64,000 bases of DNA from Candidatus Pseudelusimicrobium marinum (GCA_018656005.1 JABHZW010000034.1:2495-66494); one strand, 5' to 3'. Shown: positions 34,689 to 43,837, numbered from the stretch's first letter. Numbers and translations are program-made. The notes: generated by a model not told the origin, from the letters alone.

Positions 34689-34973
34689 ATGAATAAAAAG
34701 TTTTATGTTTATTTTATGACGAACAAAAATAACGAAATCCTATACATAGGAATAACAAATAATTTAGAAAGACGAGTACTAGAACATAGAAACAAATTAA
34801 TAAAAGGTTTTACAGAAAAATATAATTGTACGAAAATAGTACATTACGAAGAGTTTAATTATATAGATAAAGCGATTTTAAGAGAAAAACAAATAAAGAG
34901 TTGGAATAGAAAAAGAAAGAACGATTTGATAAATGAGTATAATTCGAAATGGAATGATTTATATTCAAGCTGA
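34689..34973 (+). CDS. GIY-YIG nuclease-family protein (UPF0213-type, 94 aa)
   Basis: FYVYFMTNKNNEILYIGITNNLERRVLEH fits GIY..YIG..R..E. The gene starts 12 nt after repeat unit 3, and its TGA touches the inverted repeat. Confidence 0.85.
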   Translation: MNKKFYVYFMTNKNNEILYIGITNNLERRVLEHRNKLIKGFTEKYNCTKIVHYEEFNYIDKAILREKQIKSWNRKRKNDLINEYNSKWNDLYSS

Positions 34974-35012
34974 GATTGCCACGAAATTTTTACAAATTTC
35001 TCGCAATGACAA
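34973..35012 (-). repeat. inverted family A unit downstream of the GIY-YIG gene
   Basis: The reverse complement reads TTGTCATTGCGAG-AAATTT-GTAA-AAATTT-CGTGGCAATCT. Degenerate GGCAATGA(CAA) fragments follow at about 35020-35046. Confidence 0.88.
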
Positions 35013-35083
35013 GAAGAGAGGCAATGACAATAAAAAAGGCAATGATTTTAAAATTTAAAATTTAAAATAAAGAGGTAGTTTTT

Positions 35084-36178
35084 ATGGCACTTACATTAAC
35101 AAGTTTACTAAAAACAGTAGTAGAAAATGAAGCAAGCGGTTTGCATATAAGAGGAAACTCTTATTCCTATGTTCGTATTAATACGGCGATAAAAGCTATT
35201 GAAGATAGTTTTTTATCTAACGAACAAGTTAAAAAAATGGCAATGGCTTGTATGGGCGATACGGAAAAAGCAGTTTTTGAAGAAAAAAAATCCGTAGACT
35301 TTTCACTAGATGCTCAAGATTTCGGAAGATTCCGATTTAATGTGTTTTTAAATTCTGGTAAATACTGTATGGCTGTAAGATATATCCCGTATAAAATACC
35401 AAGTTTCGAAGAACTTAATTTGCCAGCAGATACTTTAAAAAAGATAGCAGATAATCAGAGAGGGTTAATACTTGTAACCGGTATGACCGGTAGTGGTAAA
35501 TCCTCTACACTTGCTGCTATGATAGATCATATTAACAGGACAAGAAGAGGGCATATTCTAACAATAGAAGATCCCGTAGAATTTATACATGTGGGCGAAA
35601 AAAGTATCATAAGTCAAATAAACTTAGGTAAAGATACTCCATCTTATAAAGATGCTTTAAGATTTGCAATGAGACAAGATCCAGATGTAATAATGATAGG
35701 CGAGTTAAGAGATACAGAAACAATAGAAGCAGCGATATCTGCTGCGGAAACTGGTCATTTAGTTCTTGCCACAGTTCACACAATTAATGTTGTGCAAACA
35801 ATAGGTAGAATTATAGATGCTTTCCCTATGAACCAACAAGCACAAATACGACTTCAGTTGGCAGATTTGTTAAAAGGTGTAATTTCTCAACGATTATTAC
35901 CAACAAGCAATAATGCTATGATGCCAGCACTAGAAATAATGGTCAATAATGCAAATATTAAGAAATTTATCGCCGACAATAAATTGTTAGAAATAGACAA
36001 AGCAATTGAAGGTGGAGATTATTACGGTATGACAACTTTCGATGATTCTTTGGTAAAACTATACAAAGATGGCAAAGCAAAATTGGATATAATTTTGGAT
36101 TATTCCACCAATTCCGATATGGTTAAACTAAAACTAAAAGGTATCAGAGGCGGAGCAGACGACTGGGAGAACCGATGA
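35084..36178 (+). CDS. pilT: type IV pilus retraction ATPase PilT-family protein
   Basis: Walker A GMTGSGKSST, ILTIEDPVEF, IMIGELRD and GHLVLATVHT. Confidence 0.85.
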   Translation: MALTLTSLLKTVVENEASGLHIRGNSYSYVRINTAIKAIEDSFLSNEQVKKMAMACMGDTEKAVFEEKKSVDFSLDAQDFGRFRFNVFLNSGKYCMAVRYIPYKIPSFEELNLPADTLKKIADNQRGLILVTGMTGSGKSSTLAAMIDHINRTRRGHILTIEDPVEFIHVGEKSIISQINLGKDTPSYKDALRFAMRQDPDVIMIGELRDTETIEAAISAAETGHLVLATVHTINVVQTIGRIIDAFPMNQQAQIRLQLADLLKGVISQRLLPTSNNAMMPALEIMVNNANIKKFIADNKLLEIDKAIEGGDYYGMTTFDDSLVKLYKDGKAKLDIILDYSTNSDMVKLKLKGIRGGADDWENR

Positions 36179-36849
36179 TAAATAAGGTAATAGCGATAGA
36201 CGGACCAGCGGGAGTGGGGAAATCTGCTTTAGGTAAAAGGTTGGCTAATCATTTTGGTTACACTTTTTTAAGTACAGGGCAGATGTATAGAATTTTGGGT
36301 TTAAAAGTTTTAGCTCAAAAAATAGACCCAAAAGATTACGAAAAAGTTGTTGCGGTTGCATTAAAAATAGATTGGGATTTTAAGCCAAACAAAAATAATG
36401 TTTTGGAAATATATGCAGATGGCAAAAAAGTAGGTAGCGAAATATTTTCAGAAGAAGTTGGCGGTGTGGCAAGTAAGGTATCGTCTAACAAAGATGCAAG
36501 ACGGGTTATTACTAATAAACAAAGAGAACTTTGTAAAAAGAAAAATATAGTTATGGAAGGCAGAGATATTGGTACAGTGGTATGTCCGGAAGCAGAAGTT
36601 AAAATATTTTTAGATGCATCTGCAGAAGAAAGAGCAAAAAGAAGATTTAAACAGCTAAAAGAAGATGGTAAATCGGCAGATTTTGAAAAAATTTTAGAAA
36701 GTGTTTGTGCAAGAGATAGGCGGGACACTCAACGAACAGTTGCTCCGTTAAGACAAGCTGAAGACTGTATATATATAGATACTACTAATATTAATTTAGA
36801 GCAGGTAGAACAAAAAGTTTTGGAGATAATTGAGAAAAATGATCGTTAA
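36175..36849 (+). CDS. cmk: cytidylate kinase
   Basis: Motifs IAIDGPAGVGKS and GRDIGTVV. Confidence 0.9.
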   Translation: MINKVIAIDGPAGVGKSALGKRLANHFGYTFLSTGQMYRILGLKVLAQKIDPKDYEKVVAVALKIDWDFKPNKNNVLEIYADGKKVGSEIFSEEVGGVASKVSSNKDARRVITNKQRELCKKKNIVMEGRDIGTVVCPEAEVKIFLDASAEERAKRRFKQLKEDGKSADFEKILESVCARDRRDTQRTVAPLRQAEDCIYIDTTNINLEQVEQKVLEIIEKNDR

Positions 36850-37423
36850 TTTGATAAAATTAATAACAAGGGTATTATTTAGAATTTTATATTTTGCTAA
36901 AGTTGAAGGCCTAGAAAAAATCCCTAAAAACGGAAAGCTAATAATAACAGCCAACCACCTATCAAACGCAGATCCGCCGTTTATAGGCGCTTTTGCAGGT
37001 AAAAAAAGGCCAGTAAAATTTTTAGCAAAAAAAGAGCTCTTTAAAACAAAATTATCGTCTTTCATAATGGAAGGTTTAGGTTGTGTACCTATAGACAGAG
37101 GCAAAGGGGATTTAACTGCTTTAAGAACAATTACCAAAATTCTTAAAGACGATAAATGTGTAATTTTATTCCCGGAAGGTACAAGATCTAAAACAGGTAG
37201 AGTGGGCGAGCCGAAAAGCGGGGTAGGTTTTATTACCTATCAAACTAAAGCACCGGTTTTATGTGCAAGGATTTTTAAAACAGACAAGTTTCCTTGGATG
37301 TTTGGTGCAAAACTTAAATTTGGGAAGATGATAGAATTTGATGAAAATAATTTTAAAGGTAAAGATAAATATCAACAATTTTCGTTATTAATAATGAAAG
37401 AAATAAACTCTATAAAACAATAA
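36839..37423 (+). CDS. plsC: 1-acyl-sn-glycerol-3-phosphate acyltransferase
   Basis: Motifs NHLSNADP and FPEGTRS. ATG 36839 is preferred over the ORF-track TTG 36830. Confidence 0.85.
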   Translation: MIVNLIKLITRVLFRILYFAKVEGLEKIPKNGKLIITANHLSNADPPFIGAFAGKKRPVKFLAKKELFKTKLSSFIMEGLGCVPIDRGKGDLTALRTITKILKDDKCVILFPEGTRSKTGRVGEPKSGVGFITYQTKAPVLCARIFKTDKFPWMFGAKLKFGKMIEFDENNFKGKDKYQQFSLLIMKEINSIKQ

Positions 37424-37479
37424 AGCACGGAGGAACGCGGTTGTAAAACAAAGTTTAATGACCGTAAAAAATAAAAGCC

Positions 37480-38757
37480 ATGACAGCAGCAAAAGAAGAA
37501 ATTAAAAAGACTACAAAACCAGAAGAAGTGAAAGAAATAATCAAAGAAGTTAAAGCAGAAGAAACTAAAACAGAAAAAAAACCAGCTAAAAAATCCCCAA
37601 AAAAAATAGAAGTTAAAGAAGAAGAAATTAATATGGACGAAATGTCTATGGAGCAACTTTTTTCAGCTCAAGATGATTTTTCTAAAGAACTTAAGAAAAA
37701 AGAAGTTGTAAATGTAAGAGTAGTCCAAATAACGGACGAAAATATTTTAGTAGATATAGGTGATAAAAAAGAAGGACTTATATCAGTAAAAGAATTTGAA
37801 GGAAGAGATATTCCTAAAGAAGAAGATACCATACCTGCAATATTATTAAGACCAGGTTCCGAGGAAAGACATGCAATACTTTCCAATAAAAGAGCAATGG
37901 AAAGTGTAGGTTGGGAAAAATGTAAAGAAATTTTTGACACCACCCAAAAAATTAGAGGTGTTGTAAAAGAATGCGTGAAAGGTGGCTATATGGTAGATGT
38001 TATGGGTGTGGCTGGTTTTATGCCATTAAGTTTATCAGAAATTCATAGAGCATTTAAACATTACTTGCCAATTGGCGCAAAAGTAAAATGTAAAATTGTA
38101 GAATTTTCTAAAGAAAAAAATAAACTTATATTATCTAGAAAAGAAATTTTAGCAGAAGAAGAAAAAACAAGACAACAAGAAGTAGTAGCATCTGTAAAAG
38201 AAGGCGAAATTTTAAGAACTGTTGTTTCTAAAGTAGGTAGAGATAAATTATTTTTGAGATTCCACGGTATAGAAGGTTTTGTAGAATTAGAAAATGTTGC
38301 ATGGAAAGATAAAGAAGAAATGCTCAAGAAATATCGTCGAGGACAAAGAATAAGAGCAAAACTTATGAAAATAGATTCTGGCGACAAACCAAGATTAGAG
38401 TTTGGTTTAAAACAGCTTTATTTAAGTCCTTCAGAGTTTTTGAAAAAGAGATATCCGTTCAGAAGCACACCAAAAGCAACAATAGAAAAAATTACCGAAG
38501 AAGGTGTTGAAGTTTCTTTAGGTAAAAATAATAAAGGTTTTATAAACTCTTACGAACTTGGAAGAGATTTTGAAGCCAAAGAAGGCGATAGCATTAAAGT
38601 TTTAGTTTTGGGTATAGATACAGAAAAGTTTATAGTAAATTTATCTGTTAAAAAATACGAAAGTTTCCAAAACAGAAAAATAGTAAAACAGTATATGAGA
38701 CAAGCTCCTCGTCCTACATTAGGTCAGTTATTAGATAATAATACAGAGGATAAGTAA
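37480..38757 (+). CDS. rpsA: 30S ribosomal protein S1-like (four S1 domains, K/E-rich N-terminal extension)
   Basis: Repeated S1 OB-fold pattern (G..V.G.V......G..VD.G..GF.P.SE). It shows the classical cmk-rpsA synteny. Confidence 0.8.
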   Translation: MTAAKEEIKKTTKPEEVKEIIKEVKAEETKTEKKPAKKSPKKIEVKEEEINMDEMSMEQLFSAQDDFSKELKKKEVVNVRVVQITDENILVDIGDKKEGLISVKEFEGRDIPKEEDTIPAILLRPGSEERHAILSNKRAMESVGWEKCKEIFDTTQKIRGVVKECVKGGYMVDVMGVAGFMPLSLSEIHRAFKHYLPIGAKVKCKIVEFSKEKNKLILSRKEILAEEEKTRQQEVVASVKEGEILRTVVSKVGRDKLFLRFHGIEGFVELENVAWKDKEEMLKKYRRGQRIRAKLMKIDSGDKPRLEFGLKQLYLSPSEFLKKRYPFRSTPKATIEKITEEGVEVSLGKNNKGFINSYELGRDFEAKEGDSIKVLVLGIDTEKFIVNLSVKKYESFQNRKIVKQYMRQAPRPTLGQLLDNNTEDK

Positions 38758-38784
38758 AGTTTAAAAAAAGGTTGGCTTTACCAT

Positions 38785-39801
38785 ATGAAAAATCTGAGTA
38801 TAATAGTAAGTAATATTTCAGGAGAACTTTCATCTGAAGAGTTTTTGCCTAGTATCATAGATGCTTGCGAAAGATATAAAGGCAAAAAAGAAATATTATT
38901 TGTACTGCAAAATCATAAAGATAATACCGAAAAAGTGGTTAGTCAAATGGCTAAGCATTGTAGTTTTTTAAGAATAATCAAACCAAGAGATTTTGAACAT
39001 AACTTATCACCCAAAACATTAGGTGCTAAACAAGCCAGAGGCGATGTTTTATTTTTTGTAGACGATAATGTAGAACTTGAACCAGAATTTTTTGAAAAAG
39101 CTGGTAAACATTTACATAAAAACTTTTTTATTTTAAGCACTTGCGGATACAATTATTATTCTGGTAAACAGCAAGACGGCATAAAAATTTTAAAATGGAA
39201 AAAAGGTAACTTCCGTTTTTCAGAAAATATTTTAAATAGATACTTAAAAAAAGATCGTGGAGATTTTTGGCAAAGTTTTGCCGTTCAAGGTGCATACTTT
39301 TTTGTAGATGCAAGACGATTTAGACTTTTAGGTGGCTTTGACGACGCCTTATTTAAAGACTATTTACTAGAAGCAGATCTTGCTTATAGAGGATTAAAAA
39401 GAGGTTGGGATATTATATATTTATCGTCTATAAATGCTTATCATAAAACAAATGTTGCAAGATTAAAATATTCCAAAAAACTAAAGGTTACATTTAAAAG
39501 AAACAGATATTTGTTTGTTTGGAAAAATGTAAGAAGTTTCCGTTTATCTTTAAGTCATATGGTTTGGAATATTTTAAAAATGCCAGACTTTCATAATTGG
39601 AAAGCATATTTTCAGGCATTAAGTAAATTAGGTATAGTTTCTAAAAGAAGAAAAATAGAAAAGAAATATTGCAAAGTTTCAGATATGAAAATTTTGAAAA
39701 AATCTAAAAAACAAAAAGAATCTTTACTAAAAAAATCCTACACTAAAAGACCTTTTAATCCACATTATCGAAAAAATTATAAAAGAAAATTAAGAAGATA
39801 G
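38785..39801 (+). CDS. family 2 glycosyltransferase
   Basis: GT-A pattern with LSIIVSN... and a DxD-like FFVDDNVE. The tail is basic. Confidence 0.65.
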   Translation: MKNLSIIVSNISGELSSEEFLPSIIDACERYKGKKEILFVLQNHKDNTEKVVSQMAKHCSFLRIIKPRDFEHNLSPKTLGAKQARGDVLFFVDDNVELEPEFFEKAGKHLHKNFFILSTCGYNYYSGKQQDGIKILKWKKGNFRFSENILNRYLKKDRGDFWQSFAVQGAYFFVDARRFRLLGGFDDALFKDYLLEADLAYRGLKRGWDIIYLSSINAYHKTNVARLKYSKKLKVTFKRNRYLFVWKNVRSFRLSLSHMVWNILKMPDFHNWKAYFQALSKLGIVSKRRKIEKKYCKVSDMKILKKSKKQKESLLKKSYTKRPFNPHYRKNYKRKLRR

Positions 39802-41310
39802 CATTTTCTTACATTCAGAAATTACCATATCTTTAGTTATAAGTTTCATACATAAAAAGTGTCCTCTAGGACATTTTTTTCCGCCGTGAAGAGCGCAAGG
39901 TCTACATTTTAAATCTTTAACTTCTAACACACTAGAATTTTTGCTGTACGGGAAAAATCCAAGCTCTTTTGTGGTAGGACCAAAAATTGCAATTGTTGGT
40001 ACTTTGTAAGCACATGCAATATGCATAGGACCAGAATCGTTAGTTATAAATAAGTCGAATTTTGGCATTATATTCATTAAGTCTGATAAGCTGGTTTTGC
40101 CAGTCAAATCTATAGGTTTCACATTGGATAAATCTGATATTTTTTTGGCTAGAGCAGAATCGCTTTTACCACCTATTAAAACTGTTTTTGCATTTAAATT
40201 TGTTTCAAGTTCTTCTATAACTTTTGCAAACCTTTCAGGAAACCATCTTTTTGTTAGCCAAACAGAACCGGGGTGAATTGCTACTAGTTTTTTGCCTTCT
40301 TGTTCTTCTAATATTTTAAATTTGCTTGATATTGTTTGCGCCTTTTTCGTGGGATAAATGGAAGGGTCTTTTTCTATAATATTTTGATTTTCATCTGCTA
40401 ATGTTTTTAGTAAGGAAAGGTTTCGCTCAAAGTCGTGCATCATCCACGAAAAAGGCGCTGTTTTTGTATATAAAAATTTACCCGCACTGGAACTAAAACC
40501 AACTCTAACTTTTGTTTTACTTAAATAGGCAATTAAAGCGCTTGTGAAACTTCGGTGGGGGACTATTATTATATTGAACTTTTTCTTTTCTATTTTTTTA
40601 GCAATTTCAAGTAAGCCTTTAATTTTTGAAAGTTTGTGTTTATCGTAAATTATAATTTCGGATACTTCTTGTAATGGTTTGAAAATTTCTTTGGTTTCTG
40701 GTCTGGTAATAACAGAAATTTTAGCTTGTGGGAAAATTTTTGCAGTTTCTTTAATTAATGGTGCAGTTAGCACGGTATCACCGAGGAATGCGGTTTGTAA
40801 AATTGCTATTTTGGATATTTTCTTGCCCGATGTTTTCTTTTGAGTGTATTTCCAATCTTCAAATTCAAGCTCTTTAAATTTTGGTTCTATATTAAATTTT
40901 TCTAAAGCATTTAAATATTTTTCTAGTGAATGCTTTTCAAGTACTGGGCTTGGCAAACGAAAGTTTACAAACAATTTTCGCGCAAAAGAATTTTTCTTAT
41001 AAATAGAAATATTTGGAATTTTAGTAAAACTTCTAATCAAAAAACTTCTTAAATTATTATGTAAATCTAACAAATACGAAAAATTCTTTTGCTTTATTAA
41101 ACTTACAGTTTCAAATAAATTTGTGAAGGTAATAATTTCATCTATATAAGGATTACTTTGCAAAGCTTCTTTAAATTGCGGTTTCACTAATAATGCTACG
41201 AAAGCATCGGGATATTTTTCCTTTATATTCTTATATATGGGAGCTGTTAAAACGATATCTCCCAAAGACGACATTCTTATTACAAGAAATTTTTTGTCAG
41301 TTGTTTCCAT
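39790..41310 (-). CDS. family 9 glycosyltransferase (LPS heptosyltransferase-like) with a duplicated N-terminal half-domain
   Basis: Two copies of the GT9 N-terminal motif (FLVIRMSSLGDIVLTAP and IAILQTAFLGDTVLTAP) precede one C-terminal half (TNDSGPMHIA). Total length is 506 aa. Confidence 0.8.
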   Translation of the reverse strand: METTDKKFLVIRMSSLGDIVLTAPIYKNIKEKYPDAFVALLVKPQFKEALQSNPYIDEIITFTNLFETVSLIKQKNFSYLLDLHNNLRSFLIRSFTKIPNISIYKKNSFARKLFVNFRLPSPVLEKHSLEKYLNALEKFNIEPKFKELEFEDWKYTQKKTSGKKISKIAILQTAFLGDTVLTAPLIKETAKIFPQAKISVITRPETKEIFKPLQEVSEIIIYDKHKLSKIKGLLEIAKKIEKKKFNIIIVPHRSFTSALIAYLSKTKVRVGFSSSAGKFLYTKTAPFSWMMHDFERNLSLLKTLADENQNIIEKDPSIYPTKKAQTISSKFKILEEQEGKKLVAIHPGSVWLTKRWFPERFAKVIEELETNLNAKTVLIGGKSDSALAKKISDLSNVKPIDLTGKTSLSDLMNIMPKFDLFITNDSGPMHIACAYKVPTIAIFGPTTKELGFFPYSKNSSVLEVKDLKCRPCALHGGKKCPRGHFLCMKLITKDMVISECKKMLSS

Positions 41311-41366
41311 AACTTAATTTTACCATTTATTTTGATTTTTAAACTTTATTTTGATACTATCTATTT

Positions 41367-41846
41367 ATGAATAAAAAAGCATTTACACTTATAGAACTTC
41401 TAGTTGTGGTACTTATTATAGCTATATTAGCATCTATTGCACTACCAAAGTATATGGTTGCTAAAGAAAAAACGCATGCTGTTAGTGCAATGACAAGATT
41501 AAAATCAGTTGCAGAAGCTTTAGATAGATATAAATTAGCTATAGGGTCTTACCCTTCAACAATATCTAACTGGAGTGCTCTTGATATAGAAATGCCAGAA
41601 GGCTGTTCTGATACTGGCTATTGTACTGGCGATATTTGGCAATGGTATATATATGCTAATAGCGGGAGTGTTCTAGCACACAGAGATCCTAGAACAAAAT
41701 ATTACATTATTTATTCTCAAACAAATAAGTATTTCACATGTTATGTATACGGGGCTGGTTCAAATACTGATTTTTACGAAAAAGTCTGTAAAAGCTTATG
41801 TGGGACAGATTTAACATCTGGTACCAACCCTTATTGTGTTATTTAA
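41367..41846 (+). CDS. type IV pilin-like protein (prepilin N-terminal cleavage/methylation domain)
   Basis: MNKKA|FTLIELLVVVLIIAILASIALPKYMVAKEK, with a Cys-containing C-terminal domain. Confidence 0.85.
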   Translation: MNKKAFTLIELLVVVLIIAILASIALPKYMVAKEKTHAVSAMTRLKSVAEALDRYKLAIGSYPSTISNWSALDIEMPEGCSDTGYCTGDIWQWYIYANSGSVLAHRDPRTKYYIIYSQTNKYFTCYVYGAGSNTDFYEKVCKSLCGTDLTSGTNPYCVI

Positions 41847-41900
41847 ATAAGAAAGATAACAAAAAAACTCGTGGGCAATTGTCTGCGAGTTTTTTCATTT

Positions 41901-41937
41901 GTCATTCTCGCACACTAGTGCGGGAATCCAGTATAAA
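41901..41937 (+). repeat. single family A hairpin unit
   Basis: GTCATTCTCGCACACTAGTGCGGGAATCCAGTATAAA differs at one position from the copy at 59427-59463. Confidence 0.9.
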
Positions 41938-42121
41938 AAAAGAGCCGACGAAATTTTCGTCAGCCCTTAGTGTCTTTGAGTGGAGGGAAAAATATAAGTT
42001 AAATTAATTATCCCTGCTAATATATTATAGTTATTTTAAAGCACAAGGTCAACACGGATTTATATAATATATAATGATTGTTTAAATAACAGTCAAAAAA
42101 ATAGTAAAATAAAATCTAACT

Positions 42122-42757
42122 ATGGAATTCATATTATTTGTACCAATACTTTTATTTTCTGTGATAGTACACGAATACTCTCACGGATATGTCGCCATGA
42201 AATGTGGCGATGATACCGCATACCTAATGGGTCGGTTAACATTTAACCCATTGGTTCATATTGATATTGTTGGAACGGTTATACTTCCAATAATTTGTGT
42301 TTATAGTGGGTTGCCAATTTTTGGTTGGGCAAAGCCAGTGCCAGTGAATCCATTCAGATTAAAAGATCCAGAAAAAGATATGGTTAAAGTCGCCATCGCA
42401 GGACCGCTTGCAAATATAATGCTTGTGATACTTAGTGTTTTATTTTTCAAGTTGATTATTAGTGTTGGTTTTATTTCCAGTATTTTGCCAATGGCATTAG
42501 TAAGTAAAATGATGTGGTACTTTATTAGTTTAAATGTAATTTTGGCTATTTTCAATATGGTGCCAATACCGCCGTTAGACGGCAGTAAAGTGTTAGCTGG
42601 TTTTTTACCAAGACATTTGGCGATAGAATACGAGAAAATATCAAAATATGGTTTCTATATACTTATAGCATTACTTTTTACAGGTGGGATAAGATTCGTT
42701 TTACTTCCACCATTTTATTTTGCGATAAGACTTGTGGAAATTTTTTTAAAACTTTAA
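42122..42757 (+). CDS. M50-family (site-2 protease-like) membrane metalloprotease
   Basis: HEYSHG zinc motif in TM1, the second motif NMVPIPPLDGSKV and a polytopic topology. Confidence 0.85.
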   Translation: MEFILFVPILLFSVIVHEYSHGYVAMKCGDDTAYLMGRLTFNPLVHIDIVGTVILPIICVYSGLPIFGWAKPVPVNPFRLKDPEKDMVKVAIAGPLANIMLVILSVLFFKLIISVGFISSILPMALVSKMMWYFISLNVILAIFNMVPIPPLDGSKVLAGFLPRHLAIEYEKISKYGFYILIALLFTGGIRFVLLPPFYFAIRLVEIFLKL

Positions 42758-42772
42758 ATAGAGGTAATTTTT

Positions 42773-43825
42773 ATGACAAAAGATAAAAAAATAATAGTTT
42801 CAGGTATGCGACCAACAGGTGTATTACATTTAGGCAACTACCACGGAGCTTTGAAAAATTGGATAGAACTTCAAAATACACATGAATGTTTCTTTTGTGT
42901 GGTGGATTATCATGCATTAACAACTGCATACGATAAAACTGAAGATTTACAGGCAAATATAAGAGATATGCTTAAAAGTTGGTTGGCAGCAGGTTTAGAC
43001 CCTAAGAAATGTAGTATTTACATTCAGTCGCATTTGCCTCAAACAGCAGAAGTTAATTTGCTTCTAGGTATGATAACACCACTAGGCTGGTTATTAAGAA
43101 ATCCAAGTTATAAAGAACAGCTTGAAGAAATTTTTAGGAAAAAATATAAAGGACAATTAAGTAAAAGTGCCTCAGAAAAGGTAGGCATGCTTAGTGAAAA
43201 AGAATTATCGGAACTATCTTCTTTTGGGTTCTTGGGTTACCCCGTATTAATGGCGTCGGACATTCTTATACACGGCGCTGATCTTGTCCCTGTGGGACAA
43301 GATCAGCTAGTTCACCTAGAGCTAACCCGTGATATTGCCAAAAAATTCAATTCTACTTTCAGCAAGGATGTTTTAAAAGAGCCAAATTCTTTATTAACTA
43401 AAACGCCAAAGTTGTTGGGTTTAGATGGTCGAAAAATGTCTAAATCTTACAATAACACAATAAACTTGGGCGAAGATTTAGAAGTAGCCAAGAAAAAAAT
43501 AATGGGTATGTTTACAGACCCTAAGAAAGTTAAAAAAGACGATAAAGGACACCCGAAAGATTGTGCAGTATATTCTCTACACAAGGTTTACAATAAAGAT
43601 TGTAATGCTCGTGGCGAGGAATGTAAAGCAGGAAGCATTGGTTGTGTTCAATGTAAAAAAGATTTGTTTGAATTAATGCAACCAGAACTTAAAGAATTTA
43701 ATGAAAGAAAAAAATCTATCACAGATGCTATGGTAGACAAAATTTTAAAAGACGGTTTAGTGAAGGCAACAAAATCTGCCGATGCAGTTTTAGAAAAAAT
43801 AAAAAAAACAATGCACCTAAAATAA
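42773..43825 (+). CDS. trpS: tryptophan--tRNA ligase (with C-terminal Cys cluster)
   Basis: HLGNYHG (HIGH motif), KMSKS, VGQDQ and Cx6Cx2C at 43562-43654. Confidence 0.92.
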   Translation: MTKDKKIIVSGMRPTGVLHLGNYHGALKNWIELQNTHECFFCVVDYHALTTAYDKTEDLQANIRDMLKSWLAAGLDPKKCSIYIQSHLPQTAEVNLLLGMITPLGWLLRNPSYKEQLEEIFRKKYKGQLSKSASEKVGMLSEKELSELSSFGFLGYPVLMASDILIHGADLVPVGQDQLVHLELTRDIAKKFNSTFSKDVLKEPNSLLTKTPKLLGLDGRKMSKSYNNTINLGEDLEVAKKKIMGMFTDPKKVKKDDKGHPKDCAVYSLHKVYNKDCNARGEECKAGSIGCVQCKKDLFELMQPELKEFNERKKSITDAMVDKILKDGLVKATKSADAVLEKIKKTMHLK

Positions 43826-43837
43826 ATAAGGGAAAGT

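Larger units (their letters stand above)
34545..35012 (+). mobile_element. candidate GIY-YIG-encoding element bounded by inverted family A repeats
   Basis: Forward units lie on the left and an inverted unit (34973-35012) on the right, with a single 94-aa nuclease ORF between them. Mobility is inferred, not shown. Confidence 0.35.

Noticed and set aside
37372-37656. 94-aa minus-strand ORF rich in Phe.
   Set aside because: It is the antisense reading of the Lys/Glu-rich (AAA/GAA) N-terminal extension of rpsA. It is a low-complexity artefact.
41798-42007. 69-aa + strand ORF downstream of the pilin-like gene.
   Set aside because: It starts inside the pilin gene in another frame and reads through the family A hairpin unit (41901-41937) and another hairpin. 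It has no RBS.
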